A stretch of DNA of 64,000 nt from an uncultured virus (IMG/VR IMGVR_UViG_3300007511_000006) (taxonomy: Duplodnaviria; Heunggongvirae; Uroviricota; Caudoviricetes). The stretch lies in the IMG/VR virus record IMGVR_UViG_3300007511_000006. One strand, written 5' to 3'. The stretch's first letter is position 1; every line of letters starts with the position of its first letter. The notes beneath the pieces were generated by a model, which searched no databases, was not told the DNA's origin, and saw only the letters and a list, made by a program, of their open reading frames with translations. Shown piece by piece: positions 9,494 through 20,230 of the stretch. The translations under genes were made by a program, and so were the position numbers.

Positions 9494-10829
9494 TTTTATC
9501 CTTTGGTGTAAAAAACCTTCTAAAAACTGGATATATATCTTTGCTTTGATGAACTCTACCTAATTGTATATTCGACCATTCTTGTGATAACATATAATAT
9601 CTCTTTTCCATACCAGCGCCTGCTACATATTTCAAATCAGCATGTGTCTGACCTGCATTAGGAACAATGCATAAGAATGTAAAATATTGGCAAATAGGTA
9701 AAAGATCGTTGCGTAAAACTTCTGCTACTTTATCATTGTCTGTTGTAAAATTATCACCATCACTTGCCTGGCTAATATAAATGTTCCAGTGTTCTAAATC
9801 ATATCGCTTCTTAATAATTTCATGTGTTAATTCTAATGCTGAACTTACTACTGTGCCGCCACTTTCTTTGCTATTAAAGAATTCATCTTCTGTACATTCC
9901 TTAGCAACAGTATGGTGGCGTATAAACACAATGTCTACCAAGTCATACTTCATATTTAAAAACATATGTAGTAAAATAAAAAAGCGTTTTGCTAAATTCT
10001 TTTCACGTTCTTGCATTGATATTGATACATCTAAAATACAAAACATTACAGCCGCATTTTTAGGCTTTGGTACTTTAGAGAAGTTGTTAAACTTTAGATC
10101 AATTGGATCAATAAACGAGATAGCATTGTATCTTGCTCGTATGCGTTTTATCTCTTCCTCAATCTCTTGCAAACGTAGCCATTCTTGTGTTCTATGATCT
10201 TTGCCTGGTGGCAATGTAGCAAAAAACTCAAGTATTTTATCACGCTCTTCTAGTAGTTCGCGTAATTTTCTTCCCTTAGGCTTTTTAAGAGCCAAACGTC
10301 TGCCAATACTGCGTATCATGCTCTGTTCTAAATTTAGATTGTTTGGTGAGCCTTCATTTACATAACCTGCTCTTTCAACACTAAACTCTTCAATACTTTT
10401 CTTTTGTTTCTCTATTAAATCAGGAAGTTCTAAGTCTTCAAATAATATATCTAAAAATTCATCTTTGTTTATAGAGAATACAAAATCGTCTTCGCCATAT
10501 GCATCATCTGAACCTTCAGATCCGCCGCCGCCTCCTTGGCCACCCTGGGGTGGTTTGCGTATTTTATCGCCAGGAACATATTCTTTATTGCCGGGTAAGA
10601 CATAATCTTTTTCACCTGATTTAGGATCGTATTGGAATTGTGGTTCTTTAATACTTTTAGCAGGAACTTTGACGCGGCTGCCAGACTTTAGATCCTTGAT
10701 AGATCTGTTTTTAATAGTTTCGTCTAAGCTTTCCTTAATATACTTCTTTGACCGCTCAATGAAGCGTTGTCTATTGGAAAGATTCTTTCCCTTAGGATTT
10801 GAACGCCTGTCAATAATATGCTTGGCCAT
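9483..10829 (-). CDS. yeaH: YeaH/YhbH family vWA-domain protein
   Basis: IIDRR start, Gly-rich linker, DVSISM MIDAS-like motif, ESGGTVVSSAL, ASDGDN. Confidence 0.92.
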   Translation of the reverse strand: MAKHIIDRRSNPKGKNLSNRQRFIERSKKYIKESLDETIKNRSIKDLKSGSRVKVPAKSIKEPQFQYDPKSGEKDYVLPGNKEYVPGDKIRKPPQGGQGGGGGSEGSDDAYGEDDFVFSINKDEFLDILFEDLELPDLIEKQKKSIEEFSVERAGYVNEGSPNNLNLEQSMIRSIGRRLALKKPKGRKLRELLEERDKILEFFATLPPGKDHRTQEWLRLQEIEEEIKRIRARYNAISFIDPIDLKFNNFSKVPKPKNAAVMFCILDVSISMQEREKNLAKRFFILLHMFLNMKYDLVDIVFIRHHTVAKECTEDEFFNSKESGGTVVSSALELTHEIIKKRYDLEHWNIYISQASDGDNFTTDNDKVAEVLRNDLLPICQYFTFLCIVPNAGQTHADLKYVAGAGMEKRYYMLSQEWSNIQLGRVHQSKDIYPVFRRFFTPKDKSDD

Positions 10830-10838
10830 GGTAAACCC

Positions 10839-12779
10839 TTAACTTGACTTCTGGGTTCTCATGTACCATTCAACAAGTCTACGAACTTGCCTATCAGTAT
10901 AACCTTTCTCTTCCATACGAGCAACAAAGTCATTGTGCTTTTGTTGGTCATCTTTGTTTTGCTTATTACCAAAGGAAATAATAGGTAGTAGTTCTTCTGT
11001 GGACGCAAACATTTTCTTTTCAATAATCTCGCGTAGTTTTTCATAACTCGACCACTTTGGATTCTTACCTTTGTTTTTTGCTTTTGCTCTCAATACAAAG
11101 TTGACTACTTCGCTACGGAAGTCTTTTGGATTAGCGATACCGGCTGGTTTCTCAATCTTCTCTAACTCCTCGTTTAGTACTTCGCGGCTAAACAAGTTGC
11201 CTGTGTCAGGATCTTTAAAGTCAATCTCTTGAATCCAGTGATCAGCGTATTCAATATAACGATCAAACAAGTTTTGTCCATAATCACTATAACTTTCTAA
11301 ATATGCTTTTTGTATTTCATTACCAATAAAGTCAGCATACTTTGGAGCCAACCATTCTTTAATAAAGTTTGTGAGCGTTTTTTCATTTTCCTCACCAAAC
11401 TGATCGCGTTTAATTGCTTGCTCTAGTACAAACATCAAATGTACTGGATCAGCCGCAATCTCGTTTGTGTCAAAGTTAAACACTTGTGACAGTATCTTAA
11501 ACGCAAAACGTGTTGATGAGCCAGACATGCCTTCGTCTACTCCCGCAACGTCTTTATATTCTTGTAGTGACTTTGCTTGTGGATCAGTGTCTTTTAAATT
11601 CTTGCCGTTATACACTTGCATTTTGGAAAACAAATTACTGTTTTCATGCTCACGCAGTCTACTTAAAATACTATACTGCGATAACATTTCAAGTGTTTGC
11701 GGGGCACATGGATGCTGTGCTAGTCCACTTGAGTCTAGCATCTTTTCGTAAATACTAATCTCTTCATCAATACGTAAGCAGTAAGGAACCTTAACAACAT
11801 ACACACGATCTAGGAACGCTTCGTTGTTTTTGTTGTTCTTAAATGACTGCCATTCTGATTCGTTACTATGTGCTAAAATTGTTCCACTAAACGGAATAGC
11901 ACTAATACCTTCTGTACCCATATAGTTGCCTTCCTGCGTAGCAGTTAGCAATGGGTGTAATACTTTGATTGGTGCTTTAAACATTTCAACAAATTCCATA
12001 AGGCCTTGGTTGCCTTTACATAATGCACCACTAAATGCGTATGAGTCTGGATCGTGTTGTGAGAAGTACTCAAGTTGACGAATATCTGTCTTACCAACCA
12101 ATGAACTAATGTCTTGGTTGTTTTCGTCACCTGGCTCTGTTTTTACTACAGCAATCTGTTTTAGTTTACTTGGCTGTAATTTTACTACTGTAAATTTAGT
12201 AATGTCACCATCAAATTCATCCAAGCGTTTAATTGCCCATGGGCTTAGTAAGCCAGTTAGGTAACGCTTTGATATTTTATATTCTTTCTCAATTTGCTCA
12301 CCATATTTCTCAGGAGAGAACAGAGACAACGGACTTTCAAAAACAGGGCTAATTACATCGCCTGCTTTTAGTACATAAATTGGATGTATTTCCATTAATT
12401 CTTTTAAACGTTCAGCAAGACTCGACTTGCCGCCGCCCACTGGGCCCAACAAATATAATATTTGTTTACGTTCTTCTAAGCCTTGTGCGGCATGTTTAAA
12501 AAATCCAACAATTCTTTCTACGGTATCTTCTAGTCCGTAAAAGTCTTTAAATGCTGGATATACTCGTAATGTTCTGTTCAGGAAGATGCGTGACAACCGT
12601 GGATCTTCCGAAGTATCTATATGCTCTGGGTCCCCAATGGCAGCTAACATTCGTTCTGCTGATGTAGCATATGCGAGTGGGTCCTTCTTACATAGATTTA
12701 GATACTCTTCAAGTGTGAACTCTTGCTCTTTATATGATTGGTAATCTGCAGAGAACTCCTTTAATAGTTTGCTTGCCAT
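10839..12779 (-). CDS. yeaG: PrkA/YeaG family AAA+ ATPase / serine kinase
   Basis: GPVGGGKS Walker A, EPGDENNQDIS, EFVEMFK, NNEAFLDR. Confidence 0.95.
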   Translation of the reverse strand: MASKLLKEFSADYQSYKEQEFTLEEYLNLCKKDPLAYATSAERMLAAIGDPEHIDTSEDPRLSRIFLNRTLRVYPAFKDFYGLEDTVERIVGFFKHAAQGLEERKQILYLLGPVGGGKSSLAERLKELMEIHPIYVLKAGDVISPVFESPLSLFSPEKYGEQIEKEYKISKRYLTGLLSPWAIKRLDEFDGDITKFTVVKLQPSKLKQIAVVKTEPGDENNQDISSLVGKTDIRQLEYFSQHDPDSYAFSGALCKGNQGLMEFVEMFKAPIKVLHPLLTATQEGNYMGTEGISAIPFSGTILAHSNESEWQSFKNNKNNEAFLDRVYVVKVPYCLRIDEEISIYEKMLDSSGLAQHPCAPQTLEMLSQYSILSRLREHENSNLFSKMQVYNGKNLKDTDPQAKSLQEYKDVAGVDEGMSGSSTRFAFKILSQVFNFDTNEIAADPVHLMFVLEQAIKRDQFGEENEKTLTNFIKEWLAPKYADFIGNEIQKAYLESYSDYGQNLFDRYIEYADHWIQEIDFKDPDTGNLFSREVLNEELEKIEKPAGIANPKDFRSEVVNFVLRAKAKNKGKNPKWSSYEKLREIIEKKMFASTEELLPIISFGNKQNKDDQQKHNDFVARMEEKGYTDRQVRRLVEWYMRTQKSS

Positions 12780-12884
12780 AATCTTTGCTCCTGTGCTTTA
12801 TGGTTCTTTACTATATTTAGCGTTTTTTATTACGGTAATAAACGCATAATAAATACAAGTACACGTTCGTGATATATCATTGCA

Positions 12885-14333
12885 ATGATTACATTTATAT
12901 TTGAGCCAGATATTCCTTCAAACCAGAAAGAAGAAAAAGAGGTTAAAGCAGGTGGCGCTCCGATTATTTCAAACGGAGCGGGGATAGATAAACATTCATC
13001 GTTACCGTACAGTATTATTTCTAATGCTGTTAGACCCGCCACCTTTAAAGATGCTATCAATAACACTGAAGGTATGCAAGCAAAGTCTCTTAAAGAAGTT
13101 GATTTATCAGCTGACGATATCTATATATACCCCATTTTTACAACAGAATTCTTAAGCGTATTTGGTTATACACATGAATATGAATCAAAATATAAATTTT
13201 TAGATCCTGTAAGAGTAATAATACCATCTATTTTCGAGTTTTTGCCAGATTCTATTATTGACAAAGCAAGAAAAAAGGAATTGTATATTGCTGTTATGTC
13301 AATTTGTGAAGGGAAGTCTTATTATTCTGGCTGGGATTATGTTAAGTTTTCTTGTAACATGCACGGAATTTCTGAATCGCAAATTATACCTGTGTTGTGT
13401 GGTGAGCATAGTGAATATAAAGATGATGTCTTAAATTTTCGCAAAGACTATATACATTTAAATTATTATGCATTGGAGCTCAGTTATAAAATAAAAAAAG
13501 GCTATGAAACTATATTAAACACATTATCAAATGAAAAAAAGAAGCATTTTATTTGTCTTAATTCACAAATAAAACCACATAGATATCACTTAGTGTCAAA
13601 TATTTTTAATAACGATTTAATAAATTATGGATATATATCTTGCCAAAATTATGAAAGTCATGTAAACAATTTTTCACAAATTGAAGGAATCTATCAAATG
13701 AGAGAAGTATTAAGACAAGATGGCGCTAATATTTCTGAATTTTTACAATTTTATTCCACCTTACCTTACACTGTAGATAGTATCAATCAAAACAATTACA
13801 CTAATGCATTGCATTCTTCATGGAATCATGATTCAAAATTATATGACCTTAATATTAACAAGGCCTGTGATATTACTAGTAATCAAATTGATGCTTATTA
13901 TAAAGCTGCTGTAATTGATGTTATAACAGAAACAGCATTAATAGATCACGATATTAAATTTTTAACTGAAAAAACATTTAAAGCAATTATGTATAAAATG
14001 CCTTTTATTATATCCGGAGATAAAGGAAACAATAAAGAACTATTACGACATGGTTTTAAGTTATATGACATGCTCTTTGATTATACATTTGACGATTATG
14101 ATTCATACGTTGATAGAAACAATGCTATCACGAAACAACTTAAAAAGTATTGTGATATGCCACTTAAAGACTTCGTCAATAGAGTACAACAAGATGATGT
14201 TCAGAAAGTAATAGAACATAATTTTACAATGCTAAAAAATAATAATGTGTGGCAGAACTTTGCTAACGACTTGGTGCGACAGCTACTGGGGCATAATAAT
14301 GTATGGCTAAACTTTGATAATGATTTATACTGA
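12885..14333 (+). CDS. Putative glycosyltransferase-like phage protein
   Basis: ITET...FLTEKTFKAI...PFII...LFDYTFD C-terminal block, reminiscent of GT10-like phage proteins. Confidence 0.5.
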   Translation: MITFIFEPDIPSNQKEEKEVKAGGAPIISNGAGIDKHSSLPYSIISNAVRPATFKDAINNTEGMQAKSLKEVDLSADDIYIYPIFTTEFLSVFGYTHEYESKYKFLDPVRVIIPSIFEFLPDSIIDKARKKELYIAVMSICEGKSYYSGWDYVKFSCNMHGISESQIIPVLCGEHSEYKDDVLNFRKDYIHLNYYALELSYKIKKGYETILNTLSNEKKKHFICLNSQIKPHRYHLVSNIFNNDLINYGYISCQNYESHVNNFSQIEGIYQMREVLRQDGANISEFLQFYSTLPYTVDSINQNNYTNALHSSWNHDSKLYDLNINKACDITSNQIDAYYKAAVIDVITETALIDHDIKFLTEKTFKAIMYKMPFIISGDKGNNKELLRHGFKLYDMLFDYTFDDYDSYVDRNNAITKQLKKYCDMPLKDFVNRVQQDDVQKVIEHNFTMLKNNNVWQNFANDLVRQLLGHNNVWLNFDNDLY

Positions 14334-14344
14334 ACTCTAACCAG

Positions 14345-15664
14345 TTAGTAATAGATTTTATATATTTCTCTTACGTCATATTCAGGGTGATGTTTTTGTA
14401 GTATTTCTAGAGCGTTTCGAATTCTACTATAATCATTTTCTTTATTGAATGTAAAGTTTTTCAAAGATTCAATTAGATTTTTTATTTGTTCAATATCATC
14501 GCTGTAAAAACAACTACTTTTCTTCAGTGTGTGTTCAATTTTCTCTCTGCAATTTTGGACGACATCATAGGGAACTAATCGCAAGTTAAAATCACTGCTA
14601 TCTACCATTTGAACAAGCCCTGCTATACGCACTCTCTTATGCATAGGTATTTTTTTATTTTTTAGATCCATAAAAGAAAGTAGTTCATCTAAATATGGCA
14701 ACGTTAACGCTGTTATAACTATATTAAACGAAACTGGAGTATGATCGCATTCTAGGCCAATCTGTAAATATTGATCAATATTTTTTTCTAGTTTTGTCCA
14801 TTTTACAGGATATCTCTGTAATTCAATCGCCGGGCCTACACTATCAATACTTAATACTAACATAACAAGTTTAAAATGCTTGATGATTTCAATGAATCTA
14901 GGATGAATCATTGTCGTATTTGTAGTTATTACTAATTCTATATTTTTACTGTGATCGCATTCTATCAAATATTCTAAAAATTTTAAATTTTCTAATATTA
15001 TAGTGGGTTCGCCGCCACTTAAATACAATCGAGTAATATTGCTTATTCTTTTTTCTCCAATAATATTTTTTAATCCTATTTTTGAAGGCCAATTATATTT
15101 TTTAAGTTTTTTAGAAGTTCTACTCGCACCCGCGTATTCATTGTCAGGCCTGCCTGTTTCAGAAAGATCATATTTAAATTGGCTTAAATCATCAACGCCT
15201 AGTCTATTAAAAAATCTTCCATAGGTAATACTATAATCACTATTACAAATTTTACATGCCAAGTTACATGTATTTCCAGACTGTATTTGATAAAAATAAG
15301 GATAGCTATCGTCTAATATAAAATTATTTTTAACACTTTTATCAACAACGTCTTGTATGTGAGGATAGCTATCCTCCGCACCAAGCGCCGCCTGGCGAAC
15401 ACTCCACATGCCACGTTCTTCAGAGTCCCAGCAATTCTGACATTCAGGTGCCTTAACTCCATTATATAGATTTTCTCGAAGTTTAAGCATCCTTTTGGAA
15501 TTCCACGCATCATTTAAAGTATGTGTGTTTATGTTATAGTGATTTCCGTTCTCATCCAAGTGGGCATACTCTTTATCGTTACTCGAGGCACAACAAAATT
15601 TTATATCACCATTGGTTTCTATTTCTTGATGGGCCCAGGGATAAGTGCAAAGTGGTTTATTCAT
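14345..15664 (-). CDS. Radical SAM protein with N-terminal SPASM/twitch-like Cys cluster
   Basis: CNLACKIC, SGGEP, TTNTT, SIDS; N-terminal C..CC..CxxC; start moved to the coupled ATG at 15664. Confidence 0.85.
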   Translation of the reverse strand: MNKPLCTYPWAHQEIETNGDIKFCCASSNDKEYAHLDENGNHYNINTHTLNDAWNSKRMLKLRENLYNGVKAPECQNCWDSEERGMWSVRQAALGAEDSYPHIQDVVDKSVKNNFILDDSYPYFYQIQSGNTCNLACKICNSDYSITYGRFFNRLGVDDLSQFKYDLSETGRPDNEYAGASRTSKKLKKYNWPSKIGLKNIIGEKRISNITRLYLSGGEPTIILENLKFLEYLIECDHSKNIELVITTNTTMIHPRFIEIIKHFKLVMLVLSIDSVGPAIELQRYPVKWTKLEKNIDQYLQIGLECDHTPVSFNIVITALTLPYLDELLSFMDLKNKKIPMHKRVRIAGLVQMVDSSDFNLRLVPYDVVQNCREKIEHTLKKSSCFYSDDIEQIKNLIESLKNFTFNKENDYSRIRNALEILQKHHPEYDVREIYKIYY

Positions 15665-16301
15665 TATCTTGTATTTTAGATTGGACAAATCTATCTAACC
15701 CTTCGTATGTGTCGTACAGCACATAACGCCACGAATCAAACTCTGCCGGATGTGGATATTCTTCTGGCTTTATAAAAATAAAAGTAATATTATAAAAATG
15801 TTTAAACAATAACTCAAACTGTTTTATCCATTTTTCTGGATTACGTGGTCCTTGCTTTTCGTTTCTATAATGTTCTGTATTTAGATATATGTTATTAGCA
15901 TACTTTTGGTTTTTTCCCTTGCCATAAAAGTCGTAACCCAACAACATAATAACATCTGCTTCTTCTTTTATAGCAGTATAAACAGCATACAATCCACTGC
16001 TCCAATTAATAGGTTGTTGGTATGTTTCTAAACCAAAATAAGGAAGATCGGGCAACACTCTTACTTTATCTTTTGCTAAGTAGTGCGCCCAATCCTTACG
16101 GGTGTAAAAGTTAGAGCGTAAGTGAACGCCATTACTGACTGCTTCTCTTGCCCTAAACTTATTACAGCATATCAAATTGTCAACGTGATTGTCTCGCCAA
16201 ATCGCGCCGCATCCGTATAACGGTCCTATGTCGCGCAACTTTTGTAAATCATAACTTTTGCGTGTCTCACCATTGCCAATACAATATGCTATTTTTTTCA
16301 T
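15657..16301 (-). CDS. DUF115/MptE-like (sialyltransferase-fold-like) protein
   Basis: IGNGETR, YGC, WSSG, LLGYDF; paralog of 27724..28311. Confidence 0.55.
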   Translation of the reverse strand: MKKIAYCIGNGETRKSYDLQKLRDIGPLYGCGAIWRDNHVDNLICCNKFRAREAVSNGVHLRSNFYTRKDWAHYLAKDKVRVLPDLPYFGLETYQQPINWSSGLYAVYTAIKEEADVIMLLGYDFYGKGKNQKYANNIYLNTEHYRNEKQGPRNPEKWIKQFELLFKHFYNITFIFIKPEEYPHPAEFDSWRYVLYDTYEGLDRFVQSKIQDNE

Positions 16302-16326
16302 CTGGTAATTACCTTTAAATATTTAT

Positions 16327-16707
16327 ATGAGCGAAGTAACATCCCCAGAAGAAGCAGTAGAAAAAGCAGAAAAAACAGCAACAAGTATCGAAGAACTACT
16401 TCTGAATACTAGTTTAGATGCTACTGAATTTTTATTACCTTGGATTGCAATCCTAGTCAGCGTAATTGCGGCATTAATGGTCAAGGACTGGACTGTTGCT
16501 ATTGTTCGTGGTATACGTTTTAAAATGAGTCCTACTTTTAATCCGGGCGACTTGGTATTACTAGAAGGTGAAGAAGCAGTTATTATATCTATAGGACTTA
16601 TTAGAACTATATTTGAACGAACTGAAAATGGCGCCACTGTTTGGCGTTATGTTCCGAACGAAAGACTTGCGTTTTTAAAACTAGAGAAAGTAGTTAGACC
16701 TGCCTAA
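16327..16707 (+). CDS. Small mechanosensitive channel (MscS)-like protein
   Basis: TM helix followed by FNPGDLV...IGL..T...VPN beta domain. Confidence 0.6.
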   Translation: MSEVTSPEEAVEKAEKTATSIEELLLNTSLDATEFLLPWIAILVSVIAALMVKDWTVAIVRGIRFKMSPTFNPGDLVLLEGEEAVIISIGLIRTIFERTENGATVWRYVPNERLAFLKLEKVVRPA

Positions 16708-16931
16708 GGCTTTATATAATCAAAATAAGAAGAACGTTCTTCTTCTAATTGTCTATTTTTATTATAATGACTATAAACATTATCTAACACACTTTTATGG
16801 CCCAGGCAAGTGACACCATCAATTGGTAAATCACCGCAACTCATCTTAAAGAATTTAATTGCATCTGCATGAGTTTTTGCTGATGTCACATATAGCGTAG
16901 TACCAGATTTTACTTCAAATTGATATTCCAT
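16704..16931 (-). CDS. Hypothetical protein
   Basis: TAAATA 5 nt upstream of ATG. Confidence 0.5.
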   Translation of the reverse strand: MEYQFEVKSGTTLYVTSAKTHADAIKFFKMSCGDLPIDGVTCLGHKSVLDNVYSHYNKNRQLEEERSSYFDYIKP

Positions 16932-16949
16932 AGAAGTATTTAAGTATGG

Positions 16950-18032
16950 CTAGTCAAAAGTACCAACAAATCCGAAAAAGATTCTATTTTGATAAAAATC
17001 ATCAGTTGTGGTATAGGTATAGTCCATTACAAAGTCTAATGAATTATTATTAGTTTCACTTTCAAGTAAATTAAATGTTCTTCTTGTACCATACATTTGA
17101 TAATTGTCTGTCAAATCCATTCTCAATTCAAAATCATAATTGGTATGTAGATAGTAGGCACCAAATGCAATCAAAGCAACACCTACAACTGCCATGGCAG
17201 TTTCAGCATCTTTGTTTTTCTTCTCAGGCACTTCTTCTGCACCACAAAACGTAATACTTCTGCCGTTACCTGTGCCTATTGCGCCCGCCGCACATGCCGC
17301 ATCACCTAATGCTCTAGCGTTCGCTGATCTACTTTCAAATGAATACTCGGACGCAACAACTGGTTTACCAGTTACTGCAATTGCATGAGCCACCATGGCC
17401 TTTACTTGTTCTGCTGTCTTACCGAAACCTGTCTGTAGAAATACATAGTCTGCATTTGCAAAGTATGCCGGTTTAACGCCCGGCGTTAAATGCACACCAA
17501 CAGGTTTATTTGTTTTACTTTTTAGATGTGCGACTAGTGCCTGTACTTGCGCGGCACTCCAATACTCATCACATTCTAGGCAAGTAACATATCCTGTGAC
17601 TTTGTCATCAAATCTAGCAACCATATTACTAAAGTGTGCCTTCTGGGCCTCCATGGATTGATTTGTGATAGAAGGACTATCATCAGGTGTCAACCATAGA
17701 ACTGGTTTAAGTCCCATGTTATTAAGTTCATCTAGTCTTGTTTCCCAATCGGGTCGAGGACTGATGGCATTGAGATTATAACCACCGCCATTGTCTCCAC
17801 CGTTTCTGGTGTAGAGATAGATGTGAGTATCGCCGTTTGCTTTGGCGGCATTTCGCATACCAGCCTTATTGGCATTGGGGTGAAGATAATTAAGTGTCAT
17901 CCACTTACTATCTAACATCAAAAAACTGGCACTGTGGCCATGTAGTGAATATGCAGGGTCGTATGCATATGTATTGGAAACGCCTAATACCACTAGTATA
18001 AACGCAACCAATGTTGCAATATACTTTTTCAT
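16950..18032 (-). CDS. Exported/membrane protein, possible glycoside-hydrolase-like TIM barrel
   Basis: Signal peptide; beta/alpha pattern with LECDE and VASEY glutamates; hydrophobic helix and beta-rich tail. Confidence 0.45.
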   Translation of the reverse strand: MKKYIATLVAFILVVLGVSNTYAYDPAYSLHGHSASFLMLDSKWMTLNYLHPNANKAGMRNAAKANGDTHIYLYTRNGGDNGGGYNLNAISPRPDWETRLDELNNMGLKPVLWLTPDDSPSITNQSMEAQKAHFSNMVARFDDKVTGYVTCLECDEYWSAAQVQALVAHLKSKTNKPVGVHLTPGVKPAYFANADYVFLQTGFGKTAEQVKAMVAHAIAVTGKPVVASEYSFESRSANARALGDAACAAGAIGTGNGRSITFCGAEEVPEKKNKDAETAMAVVGVALIAFGAYYLHTNYDFELRMDLTDNYQMYGTRRTFNLLESETNNNSLDFVMDYTYTTTDDFYQNRIFFGFVGTFD

Positions 18033-18155
18033 ATAAGAATCCTTGTCGATATTATTATGACTTAATTGAGATTCTTAATAATTGATAAAGTCTGTATAAT
18101 TTATAATAGTATGTTATTATTTAAGTAAAATTTCACAAAGAATAATATACGCATA

Positions 18156-19088
18156 TTATCCTTTAAATTTTGGACATGGATGTATCGTGCCAAACTCACC
18201 CCAAATACCTGGCTCGCCTGTGCCAATGCAAACCCAACCTATAGGTTTGCCCTGTCTTGGCTCAAGGTTCCAAACAATTTCGCCACGTACATGATAACCA
18301 GAGTCTGGTTGAATTTTAGAGGATGACATCGTAGTTTGTGCAAATTTAATATCACCGCGCACTTCTAATTTAGTGCTAGGATCAATAGTGCCAATGCCTA
18401 CATTGCCGTCAGGTGTGATAGTTAGATGGGATTGTTTTTCGGTAGTCATAGCATCTGTGCCCAGATGCATTTTTTCTTTTCTTGCAGTACCTATGTAGCC
18501 TTCACCTTTTTTGCCGTCAATAAAAAGTTCTGCGCCACCTTGTGTAATAACATGTAAAGTAGCGGCGGGCTCTGATGTATTAATACCAATTCTTTGGTCT
18601 GTTGCATTTACCATGAACGTACCATAACCAGCAGAAAGATTGCCCATTACACCAAGTTTTTCCAAATTACCTACACTTCTTAAATTACTATATACAATAC
18701 TTGGTCCCAATTCATTGCGAGATAAGACCTTATCTGCACCCATGTGAATAAAGTTGCCTTTGCCTAAGTGTAAGTCAGTTTCAAATTCGTTTGATGAAAA
18801 AACATAATGTAAATTTTGTACAGTAAGTTTATTACTGACCGTCATCGTTCGTACATTAATATCTGATGCATCAATGTCTGTTACATAAATGCTGTCTACA
18901 CTTAAACCGTCGTTATCTAAATGTAAAACTTGCTGTGTTGCTTCATCTCTAATACCAGTACTAGAAAAATCGGTAATTGTTCCGCCTTTAATATAATCAC
19001 CTGATAAATCATCTTCAGAAAATTTTAAATAATTTACTGTAATTAAATCCGGATGTATTAATGTTTCTAAAGATGCAATGCTTCCCAT
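18156..19088 (-). CDS. Virion/tail-fibre-associated protein
   Basis: RIGINTSEP and GNVGIGTIDP repeats; GWVCIGTGEPGIW C-terminal motif. Confidence 0.6.
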   Translation of the reverse strand: MGSIASLETLIHPDLITVNYLKFSEDDLSGDYIKGGTITDFSSTGIRDEATQQVLHLDNDGLSVDSIYVTDIDASDINVRTMTVSNKLTVQNLHYVFSSNEFETDLHLGKGNFIHMGADKVLSRNELGPSIVYSNLRSVGNLEKLGVMGNLSAGYGTFMVNATDQRIGINTSEPAATLHVITQGGAELFIDGKKGEGYIGTARKEKMHLGTDAMTTEKQSHLTITPDGNVGIGTIDPSTKLEVRGDIKFAQTTMSSSKIQPDSGYHVRGEIVWNLEPRQGKPIGWVCIGTGEPGIWGEFGTIHPCPKFKG

Positions 19089-19098
19089 AATTTATTCC

Positions 19099-19869
19099 TC
19101 ATCGAGTTATAGATATAATATATTGATTCTCACTACTATACATTGGCTTGTAAATAAGTTTTTTATGTACAACAAAATTGTTCCAGCCCAGTGATGCTGT
19201 ATGATAAGCAAGTTGCTTAAAGAACATTGCTTGGCGATCTACTGGTTCAAATGAATTTAATTCATTCGTAGTTTGATTAATAACGTATGCATAATGACGC
19301 CATTTCTTTCTATCTTCTTGATTCCATTTTCTATTGTTAATAAAGATAAATTCGGAATCATCATTTCTTAGATAAAATGGATCTGCGAATAATTTACTGT
19401 TAAATTTGATATTTTTATAATCCATTAGCGTAGTTAACAATATTCCATCATCATTAAGTAACGTTAGTGAGTCTTGTAGTTGTGAATGTTGGTCGTCTTC
19501 ACTAGTAGAAAATGTATAATACTGATCTAGTGCTAATACACAATCATATTTTTCAATATCTTCATCCATATGGAACTTCATACTAAATGTGTCTAATGGT
19601 GCATTATGGTTGGTAATAGTAACATCATATGCTTCACACAATGCGTTAGCATAATCTATGGCATCAGGATCATCTGAAATATAGCTGACATCGTAACCAC
19701 TGGTGGCGAAATCGACCAAGGAACAATGCCAATTCAAACTAATAATTTTTTTAGGACTAACATTACTTTCTTCAAATGCTTTAAGAATAGTTTCTGTTTT
19801 ACGATTAATTATTTTTTGAATCTTGTCTTTATTAATTAACGTTTTCGCTAAATTATAGAAATCTTTCAA
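19099..19869 (-). CDS. Class I SAM-methyltransferase-like protein (degenerate)
   Basis: YDCVLAL and LNDDGILL patterns; canonical GxG motif absent. Confidence 0.4.
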   Translation of the reverse strand: MKDFYNLAKTLINKDKIQKIINRKTETILKAFEESNVSPKKIISLNWHCSLVDFATSGYDVSYISDDPDAIDYANALCEAYDVTITNHNAPLDTFSMKFHMDEDIEKYDCVLALDQYYTFSTSEDDQHSQLQDSLTLLNDDGILLTTLMDYKNIKFNSKLFADPFYLRNDDSEFIFINNRKWNQEDRKKWRHYAYVINQTTNELNSFEPVDRQAMFFKQLAYHTASLGWNNFVVHKKLIYKPMYSSENQYIISITR

Positions 19870-20029
19870 AAGTGTCTCCGGTAAATCTTAATAATAGTTA
19901 AAGTAATTTCTTTATGGTATTTATACAAAATTCCGCAGAAATACGCTATAAGTTTAGCCGTTAAAATACTTTTAGGTTATGAAGTCGTGCAGAAACCCAT
20001 ATAACAAATTGTTATATAGTGTAATTAAT

Positions 20030-20230
20030 TTAGGATTGTTCGCCAGTAGAGATGAATTCTAAACCGGCATATCTACCAACGTATGTTTTATCAACAGGAG
20101 TTTTTCTATATAGCTTAATAGGAACGTCTGTTCCATGAATAGCCACCTCAAGTATTTTATCGCTTTTACGTAAAATATCTGCTGGAACCTTTTGATTGTT
20201 GTCAGTACAAGTTAATTCAGTTGTTTTCAT
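20030..20230 (-). CDS. Hypothetical protein
   Basis: 66 aa, coupled to the upstream ORF. Confidence 0.55.
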   Translation of the reverse strand: MKTTELTCTDNNQKVPADILRKSDKILEVAIHGTDVPIKLYRKTPVDKTYVGRYAGLEFISTGEQS

